From Raillietiella orientalis (Eukaryota): a stretch of 64,000 nt of DNA. The notes below the pieces were generated by a model. It was given only the letters and a program-made list of their open reading frames with translations, ran no database searches and was not told the DNA's origin. The stretch's first letter is position 1. Each line of letters starts with the position of its first letter. Where the stretch lies: NCBI GenBank assembly GCA_036172245.1, contig JAYWIR010000044.1, positions 1,116,001 through 1,180,000 of the forward strand, in the 5' to 3' direction. Both the position numbers and the translations under genes were made by a program. Shown here one piece after another: positions 11,770 through 24,479 of this stretch.

Positions 11770-13450
11770 CTCAGGCGTCCCTTTCGAAGCGAGACTCTTC
11801 GTCCTCTCCACTTCGTCCCTCTCCCTTCTTTCTTGCCTCTCCGGGTACCGCTGACGAAGGCTCACCAGGGAAAGACTCGTCCTCTTTCCGTAACCCTGAA
11901 GCACCGGCGTCTTCCTTGAACTTTGATTCCGTTCCCGGAACCGGCGCGACTGACGGCTGTCGACCCCCAGAGACCACCCGATGTTCGTCACCGGTCCGTC
12001 GCGACCGTGGATTCGTTTCCCCACTCGCCGGCTGAGGATGCGGCCTAGAGACTGTGCTTATGCTCCGCAGCTCCCTCAATGCCAGCCGGAGTCATCGCTG
12101 GTGCGCGCTCCAGGGCACAGAGGGCAGGGTCACGCATCATGAGCGACTTCACAATCTGCGAATCGAAGAAGGAAGAAGCCCTAAGGCAGACAGTCTTCTC
12201 CCCTTGGGACTTTGCACCCAGGATCTTTGAAAGTGGTCCGCCAAAGGTTGGTCAAGGGATTCTCCGCCATGTTCGCTCCCTGGACGCCTTCTCCTTCTGA
12301 TCGTCGGTGCTGCTGACTCGAGAGCGTGGCGTTTCTTCATCCACTCTGGATGGCCCGCACCAGCCACTAGCGGTCAACATCTCTGAAAAGAGCAGGACCA
12401 CTGTTGTGCAAGAAGAGCGGTCGGTTTCCACAACGAACCGCCAATGAAGAGCGCATTCCGCACCAACGCAAGCGCTGCTTGCCGCGGTCGCGCAAGGACG
12501 ACTTGCACGCGCAGACGCACGCGGCGGCAGGCGTCGTTCAGCCATCTGGCGCTTCTCACCACTTGCTATCCGGCACTCTGCATGTCCACCACCATCCCTA
12601 CCCATGCCTTGTTCATGGCCTGTTGGGAAAGCAGCCGAGAGCAAGTAGGTGCTGGGCGCATGTGAGTCCGGATTCGAGCTGTGGGGAGATGAGTGTCTCC
12701 GTTGGAAACAGCGTTTCCGAGGTCGGCGACGTCCTCGCGCAGGTGGCCGGACAGCAAGAGGCATGGTACTGCCGTTGTGTGCTCCTTCGATCGTGGGTGG
12801 CTCGTTGAGGAAAATGTACAACGATCTTCGTTTCGCGGATGCCTTCTGGTGATGCTCGATGCTGCCGCCTCGAGCGGACGTTTCCTTATCCCGACCGACG
12901 TCACAGTCTGCATCTGCAGTGGCTTTTCCTTGGAGCGGTGTGTGTTGGAGCGCATGGCTTCTTCCCTCATGGGCCCCACCCGCCGCTTGGGAACCTTCAG
13001 TTATCCTATGACTCCGCCGTTCGCTACGTGCTACGAAGGGTTGCCCTGAAGCGGGTTGGCTCTCCTGAGTCGGCAAAGTCCCCATCCTCAGTTGGTCCTT
13101 CTCTTTCTTCGCCTTGCCCACTCTGGTGTTTCAGCAGCGGATCTGTAGAAGCAGGCGATGCTCTCTATTATTGTTTCTCCGTCACCCAGTGGCAGCTATT
13201 CCGTTCTTACGTTTCACTCCGTTGCTGGAGTGGATGCCACAGCAGTCCATCAAGCCCTATTTTTCTCACTTGGTGTTCTTGGTGCAAGTTGCGAGTCAGC
13301 AGTTTCTCTCGATGAGCACGTTTTCTTGCCCCAGATGGGAACGGTGGAGCGTGAGGCTGGATGCAGATGATGTCGGAGCCCCCCTTGTCCATGAAGTTGG
13401 AGCTGCCCGCGTCCGTGGGCGAAAATGCTGGACCCATGCCTTTTTGCTTG
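11770..13450 (-). mobile_element. Possible decayed Myb/SANT- and MADF-like coding remnants (Harbinger-associated type)
   Basis: ENVLIE..KNTK.EK..QIRC.N..KAKKEK (~13330-13090) and MKKRHAL/STDDQKEKASRERTWRRI..LRELRS (~12340-12060), each needing frameshifts. Confidence 0.25.
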
Positions 13451-13799
13451 CACTCCCAGAAGTCGAAAGTGCATCCATCCTAGGGATCATCGTGGGGTCG
13501 TCATGGAGTCGTTTGGATCCCGAGAATGATGGTGTTTTGGAGGAGCTGGGAATTTCAGGACCCACAAGCAGCAAGCTGTCATCGTCGCCATTTCCACCTG
13601 GTTACGAGGGCGTTTAATGACGCGATGAACTTAAATGCACCTGAAGCAATAGGAACTGGGTGGCTACTAAGGGAAAGAAATTTGTTCGGGGAAAGGTGAC
13701 GACCCTTTGGTCGACCTTGTACGGAGATCGGGGGAGGAGGAGAAACAGTGGATAAATAAAAGAAATGAGGGCAAAGAAGCTTCTAGCCGAGTGGCCTGC

Positions 13800-14480
13800 C
13801 CTGGATGCTGGCGAGACTGCAGATGGATTCAGTGCCGCGGACGCAACATGTCATAGAGATCGCGGTGGCATTCGACAAAGAAGAGACTCAGCATGTCCTA
13901 GCCACTCATCATTGCCATGACAATGTCGTCCGACATGCAACGCAGTCAGTACTCATCGGCAAGAATATTCTCGGAAGGACCGGAAGCAGATTTACGCGAT
14001 CGTGTTGCCAGGGGACGGACAAGTGGCTCGTCCCAACGGTGGCAATCGAGGGCAAGAATGCTTGGCACAGTTGCAAGAACAACAGCAGCAACAACAAAAA
14101 AAGACAGAAAGATGGTCAGACTGAGAGGAAGGTCTCGGAGGTGCACTAACTAGGAAAGCCGCGACGCTTGATCGTCGGGCGCAGCGGCGAGACCCGTGAA
14201 AAACCGGCCTGGCTGGGCGGCGAAGCACCTTCCTCTCCTATCCCAGACATCGGACGAAGCCCTCGTCCTCGACTGCATCTCGGTGGTGACTCCGGAATGT
14301 AAAAGAGTCGCTTTCGAGATCGACGGCGGCTCCACCGTGTCGCTCATACGTTACGGCCGCGGCTGCCACCTTGGTGGGAATGCTGGTTCCAGACGCCTCG
14401 GATGCTTTGGATGGTGAAGGAATGCCCGAATCTTCGGGTGCATTGACTCTCCTGAGCCGGCAAAGTCCACATCCTCTCCG
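13800..14480 (+). mobile_element. LTR retrotransposon (Gypsy-like) gag-protease remnant
   Basis: Frameshifted knuckle RCTN-GKPRRL (~14140-14170) followed by FEIDGGSTVSLI, resembling the aspartic protease motif IDSGS.VSLI. Confidence 0.5.
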
Positions 14481-15410
14481 TTGGTCCTGAGGATAGGTTT
14501 TCCAAATGGTATGGACGGAACCGTGCAAAGGTGTCGGAGGATGGAAATGCATGGCAGAAAGCCAACGCAATGCAAGCAGGGAAGAGAATCGGCCCGTCGG
14601 CGAGATTTCTTGGAGAGACGCGAAGAGGGAGTAGGACAGGAAAATCATCCTCGGGGTGTTGAGCTACACCGCTTGAAGCTGGTCCGTCGGAAGAGTAGAA
14701 GCCTCCGCAAGAAAAAAAAAAAAATTTCTTGAAATCACCGGATGTTTTGCACTACGCGATTTACGATGTGGCAGGCCAACGCCTAGGGACAAGTTAAAGA
14801 GATGTTCCGAATTTATGGTTCCTCCGCATCGATTGGCCGCTTTAATTAACAAAGTTAGCGACCAAGCAGCTCTCAAAAAAATGTCGGCAAACATGAAATA
14901 AAGCCACTCCTCTTCTTTCCTGAAAGCGAGCGTGGTGGTGAAAATACTCCGTTGAATTTCTGCAGAAACAACTCTTCCTTCCCTTTATCTGAATCCGGAG
15001 AGACACCCCGATAACTTGTTTGGAGACGCTGCTGACGACCTCGGAGACCGATCATGGTGCATCGCTCCAAGGAAAAAAAAAAAGGAATCCGATCATAAAG
15101 ATGAATTGGCTTTCCTCTGCTGCTGTCAAAAGGGGTACTCGCGTATTGATCTGGGGCAAAGACGGTCCTCTGCGGATCTCGGAAAGATCACCATCTACGT
15201 GGGTCGCACGTGCTGAACGGGTACCGAAGCGAGGATCACCAGCCGCCTCACGCCCGGAGGAAGGGGAGAAGGACGCAACAACGAGTTCTTCGGACCTTCG
15301 TGAGAAATGAGATCCCAGACGAACGTGGTACGGATTCCCACAACTTCCTGTCTGGGGCGTCGACGTCTCTCGGGTAGCTAAACCCCGCCCTCACTGCAGA
15401 CTTCCCTTAG

Positions 15411-16817
15411 CTTCCGAATGTTGGGGATGTGAACCACGACTCCGGAAGCTGCAGCCTGGAGCCCCGATCAAGAACTCCTTGTCTTGTTTAATTCATATCG
15501 CTATTCCTTGCTGATGACACCAGATTTTAATATGCTTCTCCAACAGGATCTTTTGGATCCAGAAATCAAACCAGGTAGACCTGCTGTATGAAAAGGGGTT
15601 CAGAATGGGCTCTTTTGTACGCGGCAGCTCCGATTGCATACTTGGGTCAGTCTCTGTCCTGGAAGGAGCAAAGCACTCTGCTGACAACAAGCCAGCATGG
15701 TCCTTCCGGAGTGAAAATCGTGACCGTGGAGCAAAATGGCCTTCCTTATTCCAATTTCCATCTTGGGGTGCGAGACTGCAGCAGCATGGTCAGTGCATTA
15801 GCATTTGTGGTCCGTCGAAAGAGATGGATGATCAGGTGCGGGAGTTGAGGTGGAATTTGAGTGGCAGCTTGATGCTGGTGTGGTTGGAATGCTGGAAAAC
15901 TGGCCTCAGCCAGCCACAAGTGTGGTCGCACAGCAACGGGCATTGGTATTGCAAATGGGAAGGTGCTGACGATATCCTGTGTTGCGACTGGGACCCTCTG
16001 AAAGAAAACTGCGTTTGCGTTGTAAGGAAGACAGGGTGTTGGCAAAGGTACGAATTCCACTGGTCCTTCTGCCACAGCAAACAAGGCCATGTTGCTGTTG
16101 TGGATGGTGGTAAGCAGGGGAGACACTTTGCAGAGCATGCTTTATGATCTGGTGATTCCTAAGAACAGATCCTGATTTCTCCTCTGTTGGGAGCGCTGCT
16201 TCCTCCTCCCTTAGCTATGTACAGTTTGAAGAAAGCTCCCAGCATGAATAGTATGGTTTTCGGTCCTCAGGGAGAACTGCTGGTGGTTGATGATCTTGGA
16301 ACCATACGTATTTACGAATTAAGTGAGGAAGGGGGAACGGAGTGATATTCCAATGTGCATTGCATGATAGCTGAGGAGCAGAATGCAGTGGGAGCAGGCA
16401 CTCAAGTGTTGTGTGAAATGCCATCATTTCTTCAGCTGCACCACTTGTCCTGCTGTCTGCAACTGGCTGAAGTGCCTCCTTCTTTGTTGTACGGCTTGGT
16501 TTGGCCTGGGAAAGATGTGTTGCTTGCCCTCTGCGAAGGGCATCGCGTGCAAGTCATTCTGGAGAGAGACAAGGGGAAAGCGTTGCTCAGGTTGTGATGT
16601 GATTCGAGTTGGTGTCATTTTCGTGCCCTCCTGCTTTAGACAGGAAGAAGAGGACACCTGTGTAGTGCTCCTGTGTGCTTCATACGACGGGGATGTCTTG
16701 CATCAGGCTTTCCAAGCACATGATGGGCGTGTTTTCTGGGATGGTGTCCTGTGGTTCACATTGCCTGTTGCCTGTGTCCATGGCCATCTTACCTTTGTAC
16801 CTTTAAGAAAATGTTGA
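15411..16817 (+). pseudogene. Elp1: Truncated, intron-containing Elongator complex protein 1 (Elp1/IKBKAP) duplicate, N-terminal beta-propeller region
   Basis: Collinear Elp1-like motifs: AAAWSPDQELLVL...LLMTPDF, LGQSLSWK...VEQNGL, VRELRWN..SLMLVWLE, QVWSHSNGHWY, WDP, VAVVDG|EQILISPLLGALLPPP, LVWPGKDVLLA. GT-AG introns 15789-15835, 16110-16163, 16323-16370 and 16591-16639 keep the frame. There is a stop plus frameshift near 15590 and a frameshift near 15445, and the C-terminal half is absent. Confidence 0.88.
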
Positions 16818-17399
16818 GGAACGAAAGCAGACGAAATGCAAAAAGGTCCTCGACTTGCATGTCGACGGCGGATTTCCAATTTACCGTGTGAGCATTAATA
16901 TTTGGCTGTCTATAATCCTGGGATCCCCAGAGTGACTCCAAGTGTTGGTAGTGTTGCAGATCTGACGGCACAACTTGTCAAAAATAGGATGCCTCATGGT
17001 TACTCCTGACTCCAAATGTGGTTGCTGTGTATATCAACACATCGATTTGGACATCCATCTTAATGGAGAATGTGTCCGGGACTTGTATCGATCGATGAAG
17101 GGGCAAGGATTTTGCAAATGGTGCCATAACCTCATGCCGACTGAACTGGCCGGACATGATGGTGACGATCGTAAAAACTCCCAGTAGCCTTTGTTCTGTG
17201 TAATCCCTATATTCACTCAATAATCAGAGATGGCTCTCGTGCGATCTAGAAATTTCCGGGACTTCGTCATGTCGCCGTTTTCGGGAGGCAGAGATCCCAA
17301 CGACCAGATGACAGTCTCGCGAAATGACACTTGGGTTCTTGAGAACGGAATTTAGAGAGCCTTTTCTCTCTCTCAAGGAAGAACGTTAGCAAAGACGCC

Positions 17400-18450
17400 A
17401 ACGAAATGTGTCCGTCTGTCCTGTCCAGAGTCTTTCCTGTCAGGACATTGAGCGCTCAAGAAGAAGTCTTCCTCGAAGACTCGGCAGGACTCTTCGCTGT
17501 CCAAACACATACCGTCGTTCCCTGATTTCCTCCTTCGAGAGGATGCAACGCACTCACTCTCCGCGATGTCGAGCATCATGTCCCCGAAGGTCTGTCTTTA
17601 CGAGAACGTCCGGCCGTTCGGGGAGCCACCGCCCTCCACGTCTCCGAAGACGGCACGTTTCCACGACGACACCCGGCTGCAGGGTCGGTAAATGTCTTCC
17701 ACTCCGATTCCTCTCCCCGCGAAGGCGCTAGCCAGCTGACATCGTCTCGTGGCCCTCCCACCAGGTAACCTCCTGTAACAAAGTCTTAAAGGCGTTCAGG
17801 GTCTCGACTCTTTCTCCCCTTGCTCTTTCGATGCCCCTTCTCACAGCGAGGGCTCCATGCTGCTGTCCATGCCACCTCACTCCCTCGTCGCCTCCGAAGG
17901 CTTCCGGTCGAAATGACTTCCGTTCTTCCCTGTCGACGTCCCTGCTCAAAGAGCTGTCGACTCCCAGATCCAGAGTGACAATGGACCCATGTCCACCACC
18001 ACCTTGGATCCGGGGTCTAGGTACCGATGCTCAAGGAGGTCGACTGATAAGAGGACGAGCTGCTGTCTGCTCTCTGGTAGACACTATCGACGTGAGCTGG
18101 GCTCTAATTGACAGGAACCCTCTGGTGCGGCTTGACTGGAAGATCCTCACGGGACTTCGCGTGAGGAAGTACCGGAGCGTGTGAGGGCTGCGATTCACCT
18201 TCCGGAAAGATCGTAGAGCTCTACGGGCGCACCAGGAAGGACATCGTCGCCTTGCCGTGCGCCCGCAAGCGCCGCCTGAGCAGAGAGTTAGACGGACGTG
18301 CTCTGGTAGTGCACAAGCAGCAGAAAGCGCATCATTCCACGTCAAAGGAAACGTCTGCATCTTCAAGGAACTCTGTGAGAGCATGGGAGGCTGCTGGAGC
18401 ACTGACGTCTACTACCCGAGAGAGAGGCTGGAGTTCTGATCGCCACCTAC
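17400..18450 (+). mobile_element. Decayed L1/Tx1-like ORF2 3' fragment
   Basis: LDWKILTGLRVR followed by PCRA..AES*TDVLW*CT (degenerate C..C..ES..H.LW.C). Confidence 0.4.
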
Positions 18451-18899
18451 GCCGCTGCGGGGACAATAAAAAGCAATACCAAACAACAGCAACAACAATA
18501 AAAAGTGGCTCTGAAGCCTGTCGTTTCAACCTCGTCTAAAGACTCATTTAGACGTCCCCATTCACCCTCGTCTGCCCTCTTGCAATCACAGCTGTTTGCT
18601 GACCGAAGGGTTTGGACTTGCAGCAGATGGAGGCGGCAGCATCTGATGAGTGATGTCTGTCGAAATCTTCTTGGGAGCTAAGCAGACGAGGATGATGAAC
18701 AACAAAACCATTGCCTCAGCAGCCTCTGAACAGTTGTGGGGGAGCTGTGGAAGATTAGAAGGGTCTCTGGACCACATTTTCATCCGGTGGCCTTCCTTCA
18801 AGAGGTTGCACGTGTCCATGCAGGACGATTTCCCGTCATTCTTCTGCGGCTCCTCTTCTACCTGAGGCCTTCCGTGGAATCCCTTCCGCTCCGCACAAG

Positions 18900-19950
18900 C
18901 CTCTGTCACGCCGACGAGGTTGAAGGAAAAGAATGCCACCTTGGGAAGGCAGGCGGAAGAGTGCAGGAGCATCTCCCGCTTTCCGATGTTGATAAGTTTG
19001 GGATTCCCGCTTGACTGCTCTCCCGAGGAGGTTGATCCCAATGAGTGGTTCTCAGGGAAGAGCTGCTCTTGCAAGGCGAGGGTGTAGAGGGGACGACAGG
19101 GAAGGAAGTCTCTTCGGATGGAAGCGCCTGAGGAGAGAGAGAGATTGCTGAAGCAGCGACAACAGCTGTTCCGCTGAAAGCGGATCGGACTGCTCACGTG
19201 CACTACAAGTGGGTGACTGCTTGGCTCCCATCGACCCCAGGGAGCCTCGAGGATTCCGGAAATCTCCAATCTCCTAAAGTACCACTCCGGACTACAGTCT
19301 GGAGTCGGTTTTACGGGATCGCGAAGTCTTCTGTTCTTCGAGGCCGGTCGAAGCTCACCGAGGCAAGACCCGGCAATCAAAGGGCTGACCGGCGAAGGAC
19401 GCGACCAAAAGAAGATGGCCCGAAACGCGATCTGGAGGCCAGACTCGTGCTCGTGCTTTACGATCGACGTGTCCGAGGCATGGCCAGTGACAAAAAGATT
19501 GCCTACCATCTTCCCTGTTCTGTTTCTGCCTTTCTCACTACACCTCCCGCTCGGGGCTGCAGTTCCTGTGGTCTGGTGAACCGACACGAACCTCCCTGGA
19601 GTGTGTATGGAATCGTCGTCGCCCCGTGGCGTCATTCTGCCGTTTCCGTGCGATGATCCCATCTCGGGGGCATGTCGCAGTCCGTGTCTCGTCTTGGGGA
19701 AGGAAAAGCAGCAAAGGGAGGCGGTCACCTGTCGTAAGGGCCTCACACCTAGAAGAGGAAGTCAAGGGCGTGGATCGACAGCTCCGTCTCTTGGAGGAAG
19801 GAACGGCCAAAGCCAGTGACCCCTGCCCTTTCATTTATTCATTTACTGTTCATTTACCTTTCCGAATGGCGAGCTGCGTGTCGCCGCACCCTCTCTCTGA
19901 ACCTCTTTTCGTTTTCTTTCGGGAACTTCAACACGCCTGATAAACTCCCC
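18900..19950 (+). mobile_element. Decayed L1/Tx1-like ORF2 3' fragment with 3' UTR
   Basis: KIAYHLP..GCSSCG knuckle remnant; downstream TTCATTTATTCATTT also follows the fragment ending near 30020. Confidence 0.4.
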
Positions 19951-20502
19951 GGTGTGACCAGATCACGCATCTCAGCAACGACCGACGATGCTGGACGACA
20001 TTTTGGGAAGATGCGAAAGCTGAGGTGGGGATGTAATCATTTGAGCACACTATTCCCAAATCGCTTTCTGTTTACGACTGTCCACACCTGAACGTTATCT
20101 GGGATTCATCAGGGTGCACATCAGGGACCGATATTCTCCGAGAGGAAAAAAAGGAAGAATGAAAAGAAGGCGAGGAATTCCTATGCGCATGTATCCCTGG
20201 ACGTTCTGTGGATTTATGAAGCACTCCGTTCGGGAGTATGCCGCGCGCTTGCATGCATCATGGGCCAAAGACAATCAGCGGAAGTTCCGCTGCGAGCGAG
20301 ATGCAAACCAGGATGAGGGAGGAGCAGGGGACTGTGGCGCACGTCTCTGAAGAGGCGGCTCCAGATTCAAGGAAACTGTCGACTGAAGTTTCGAAAACTT
20401 TGGCAAGCTTTGTTTATTATTATTAATGATCAGAACATTCACGGTGTTCACAGGTCGAGGCTTGTGCACCAGACTTCGCTGAAGAAATTTTCGCCCTGGC
20501 CC

Positions 20503-20845
20503 GCCTCACCACGGTGCCGGTTGACTAGATGCCTCTCCAGGGACGTGAAGAAGCAGGCTGCTCCCTTCGGGGAGCGACCCTTCAGAGAAATCGGCAAACG
20601 CCCATTTGGGGTTTTCTTCAGAGGTGCAGTGAGGAGCGGTTCCCTTGCTGGCTCCCTCCGGAGAAGGAATTTCAGGAGCGGATCCTATCCGGGTTCCCTT
20701 CGGAGAAGAAACAAGCAGTGTCTCCCTCCATGAAAGCCCCACAGAGATAATGGGAAAGAGGTTTCCTTCGTGGTTCCCTCCAAGGAGTAAGAGGAACAGA
20801 CTCATTCTCCAGAGGCTTCCTGGATTCATATTATGGTCCTCAAGG
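20503..20845 (+). mobile_element. SINE-like copy, headless (array and start of tail)
   Basis: GCTCCCTTCGGGGAGC hairpin, unit array and CTTCCTGGATTCAT block. Confidence 0.85.
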
Positions 20846-20857
20846 GCTGCCTTCTAA

Positions 20858-21320
20858 GTGGAATTTCTTCCCCGGAGGGAGCCAGCAAGCGGACCATTCC
20901 TTCGATGAGCACCCCGAAGTGATACTTCCAAATTTCTCTGCAGGGTCTCTGCCCGAAGGGAGCAACGCGCTTCCTCACACTCTAGAGAGGCATCAATCCG
21001 TCGGTTCCATGGTGATGAGGGGACGATCCCACTCGCACAACCGGAGGGAAAATCCCAAAGAGAACTGGCGTTTCTCGATTCCTGGTAGGACCCCGGAGGG
21101 TCGAATTTCAAATCCCGGTCACTCAAAGGGGGCATCCAGTTTCCGACGTCCTCCAGCCTGTAGGCCAACCAGCGTCATCCTGCAAGGGGGGGGGGGATCG
21201 AATCCCAGGACGCAGTTCTCGTTCTCGCCGCTGATCCTTGCTAGGGCGGGATTCGAACCCGCAACGGAGGGACCATGCGTATGCGGAGAGACCGCATACG
21301 CATGGCCGCTGCCAACGCTG
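20858..21320 (-). mobile_element. SINE-like copy, head to mid-array
   Basis: GGGATTCGAACCC (reverse B-box) at ~21249, CAGCGTCATC block, array units 0-2; abuts the opposite-strand copy. Confidence 0.85.
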
Positions 21321-21599
21321 GCCAAGGCATGGCGCCAGGGAGTTCAAGCGAAAATATTCCCTAAGAGACAAAAAAGCACCTTCGATTTCCCGAAACCAGG
21401 AGCGCAGGTTTCCTCTCCTCCGACGAAGGAGCTGTTTGTTTTCCACTCTCGTTCGACGGATTCCTCGAATTCAAGAAATCGAGACGAAATTTGTAATTTG
21501 ATTTCCCGAGAGGGAACGAACAAAGAGGACCCCGCATCATCCCTGTGAATTAATGAGCGTAAGACTAAGATGATGCAATATCTTTCGGGATCGGAGCTG

Positions 21600-23700
21600 C
21601 TATCACCCTAATCCGATGAACAGCAGCAAATCGAGTGCCGTTATCGAATTAGCTCGGATTGGAACCGTACGCTCTCTCCCTCCGATGGAGGAATCTTCGG
21701 TCGGCATCTCCATAGCAGCAGCTGCCGGTTTCGTCCCTGCACTGCCTGACCCCGCGCTGAAGAAAATCTCTTCTCTTACTCCTTCGCCCGTCCACCGAGA
21801 CAACTCTGCCCGGTGGTGTTCTACCGGAAGACGAAGGAGCACGTCGCTGTTGCATATCTTGAGGTCCAGACGAATGGCGGCTGCATTTGTCAAAAGACGC
21901 TCCCTGAGCAGACCGGATGCGTCAATTAGCGCAAGTTTACAGCAGCAGTTCTGAAATTCATGATCTTCCGAGAGCCAGCGCGCAACGAACTTACGTGCGC
22001 GGGTGCCGGGCTTTTCCTTTGCACGCGAAACGACGCACCTGACTGCCGTCCGGGCTGCTGGGCGACGTGGTGCACGAAAATTCCTTTTTTTTTCCAGTTC
22101 CCTGAGGGCTGATCAACCCTTCAACTCCTTGGGGAGAGCTCACAAAGCTCTTTGACACCGTTCACGCCATATGAGGGTGCGTGTGACTCTTTCAATTGAA
22201 GGGTAATTCGAGACGGACCACTCTATGAACCCTATGAATCCAGGAAGAACCAGGAAGAAGGAGTCTATTTCTCTCATGCTTGGTAAAGAACCCCGAAGAG
22301 AACCCGAAGAAAACCTCTTACTCATCCTCTTTGGATGGGTTCTCCGGAGTGGACTACTCCTTGTTTCATCTCCGAAGGGAACCCGGATAGGATCCGCTTC
22401 TGAAATTCCTTCTCCGGAGGGAGCCAGCAAGGGAACCGCTCCTCACTGCACCTCTGAAGAAAACCCCAAATGGGCGTTTGCCGATTTCTCTGAAGGGTCG
22501 CTCCCCGAAGGGCGCAGCCTGCTTCTTCACGTCCCTGGAGAGGCATCAGTCAACCGGCACCGTGGTGAGGCTCCAATTCCTGGAAGGACTCCGAAAAGCC
22601 AACTTGCCGTCGAGTCCAGTCAAAGGAGGCATCCGGTTCGCGGCTTCCATCAGTGCCACGCCTGAGACCAGCCAGAGTCATTCTGCGAAACCGGCGACTC
22701 ATCCGTTTCCCTGGCGACGGTCGTTTACGTGGGGATTCGAACCCGCGTAAACGCCTGATGCCACCCACTGAAGCCGCAGCCACACGGATGCCGCCAACGT
22801 GGATCAAAGTTTGTGCAGAGGAACAGCTCGTGGTTACACAGTCTGCTGGTCCGGATCTTCGTGACTCGCAATATTATGGAATTGGCTGTATTTGCCTCAA
22901 GCCGTGAACTCTGCTGTGGGTCGGCTGCCAGCGTCGGCAGCCCAGCACCTCGCCGCGGGCATTCTTCTCGCCTGTGAAGGCACTGGAAGCTTGGGAAGGT
23001 TCCGTCTGGCGTAAATTTTGGCTCCGCAAAGACGTGTGAAGGCTTGCGGGCCATGGGCCAAACCCGACCACGACGCTCTGACGACGGAGAACGGACAACC
23101 ACCTCCAGAGATCTCAGCTTCGGGGAAGAACGGACTGCAGTCCGGGGAGGCGTGCCTCCTGCCTCGTCCTGGTAGCTTTGGGACGTGCCTCCTGCTTTTC
23201 GCGTCGCGTCCCGGTCGCCTTCCTGTGGGGCGCGCGCCTCCCTCGATCGTTCGAGGCCGCAACCTCTGGAAGGGAGCGAGTGTAAGGAGATGTAATCGAT
23301 GCAGAGCGATGCACGGTGGTCGGGAGCACCCGAGATCTCGACCGGCGCTGGCGCCGCCTAACCCATGCGTTCGGTAGTAGGCACCGACCTCGGCTTCGCT
23401 CTTCGCCACCAGCGGGGAGAGAGGGCACGCTCTCTGGGGGAAGGGGCAAAGGACAACAGCGCTCTCGTGAAGGGGACATTTCGCCTCGCGCGTTCCGACG
23501 GACGCTCTTCGCGGCGTCTCTGGGCCCTGAGCGCATGCGCGTGATTTGAGGCCACTGGCCACGTGCTTCTCCTCCTCCATCTACGTTTCCCTTGAATGCT
23601 CCTTGGTAAACACTCATAATGCCGTCCCTAACAATTAAGAGACCCATAACCGGAAGCAGCTCCTAGGGAGCTACAAAAGATGTTTAAACATGGTCCGGGA
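21600..23700 (-). mobile_element. Decayed L1/Tx1-like 5' part (ORF1 remnant and APE endonuclease start), interrupted by a SINE-like copy
   Basis: MNFRTAAVNLR*L...LKICNSDVLL...RWTG..EIFFSAGSGSAG matches an APE N-terminus (N.RGL, D...LQETH, W.G..FFS.G..GV). Upstream FQCLHRREECP is knuckle-like. Confidence 0.5.
22084..22800 (-). mobile_element. SINE-like copy, near full-length
   Basis: Reverse B-box at ~22732-22744, array, tail GGGTGCGTGTGACTCT and T-tract at 22085-22093. Confidence 0.85.
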
Positions 23701-24479
23701 TAAAATTTGCCGGGGCCCCTTTTATTGGTTTCCCTGAAGACAGATAACAGCAGCTGAAAATGCAACTGTGCAGCTCTGAATTTCGGGGATGCCTACAATT
23801 CGGGAGTTCCAATTTCTGCGGTTTCTGACTGAGGGCCTCGGACCACTAAATGAAAATGATCCCTTGGGATTACGATGCTCTCGGGAAGACGCGCGGCTGC
23901 TGCGTTGTCCTGGGCGGGACGAGCACGAGGTCGATTTCAGAAACAGGAAGGACTGCGGGCTCACGGATGGCCAGATGACCGATCGGAAGGGAACACGGTA
24001 CCCATCCCTCCCCCCTCTTCACGGATGACGGTCTTCGGGGCCGCGTTCCCGGCGGGCTGGGATGAGCGACGTCCAAAGGCGAGAGGACGAGTCGCTCTCC
24101 ACCGTGACCGTGGAACGCTTTCCCGAAAGTTCTCCTTCCGCCAACGAGCCTTCGAAGTCCCGAAAGGGTGCAGTGGCCGCCCTGGCTCGGTTCATCTCTT
24201 GCTTCGCCGCGGCACCTTCCGGCGCCGGAGGTTTCTCACGCGCTGCTGCCACGAAGAGAAGAACAGTGCGCAAGGTCTCCAAAAAATTAATAATCCAGGA
24301 TTTCCAAGGAGGAAATCAGAAGCCAAGTTTTGAATGGCGGTCGTTTCCTTAATTGAAAACTGGTTGGCATGGGGACGGAGACTCCTTCATTGATTGTGAT
24401 GTCAGTTGCAATTTCTTCGTTGACTGTAAGATGATTGATCACGACACGGGAAAGTGCCTAAAGTCTACTTATCCATTGC

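Noticed and set aside
16820..17220. Continuation of Elp1 (LDIHLNGECV) or a Tc1 remnant on minus
   Set aside because: No convincing splice join or collinear Elp1 motifs; the alternative Tc1 reading is also too weak.
18643..18665. CTGATGA...GAAA hammerhead-like spacing
   Set aside because: Stem II cannot form canonically and no stems I or III were found.
18586..19746. Longest ORF in the track (386 aa, minus)
   Set aside because: No recognisable domain, and it is antisense to a decayed LINE fragment. Most listed ORFs are likewise chance frames in GC-rich repeats.
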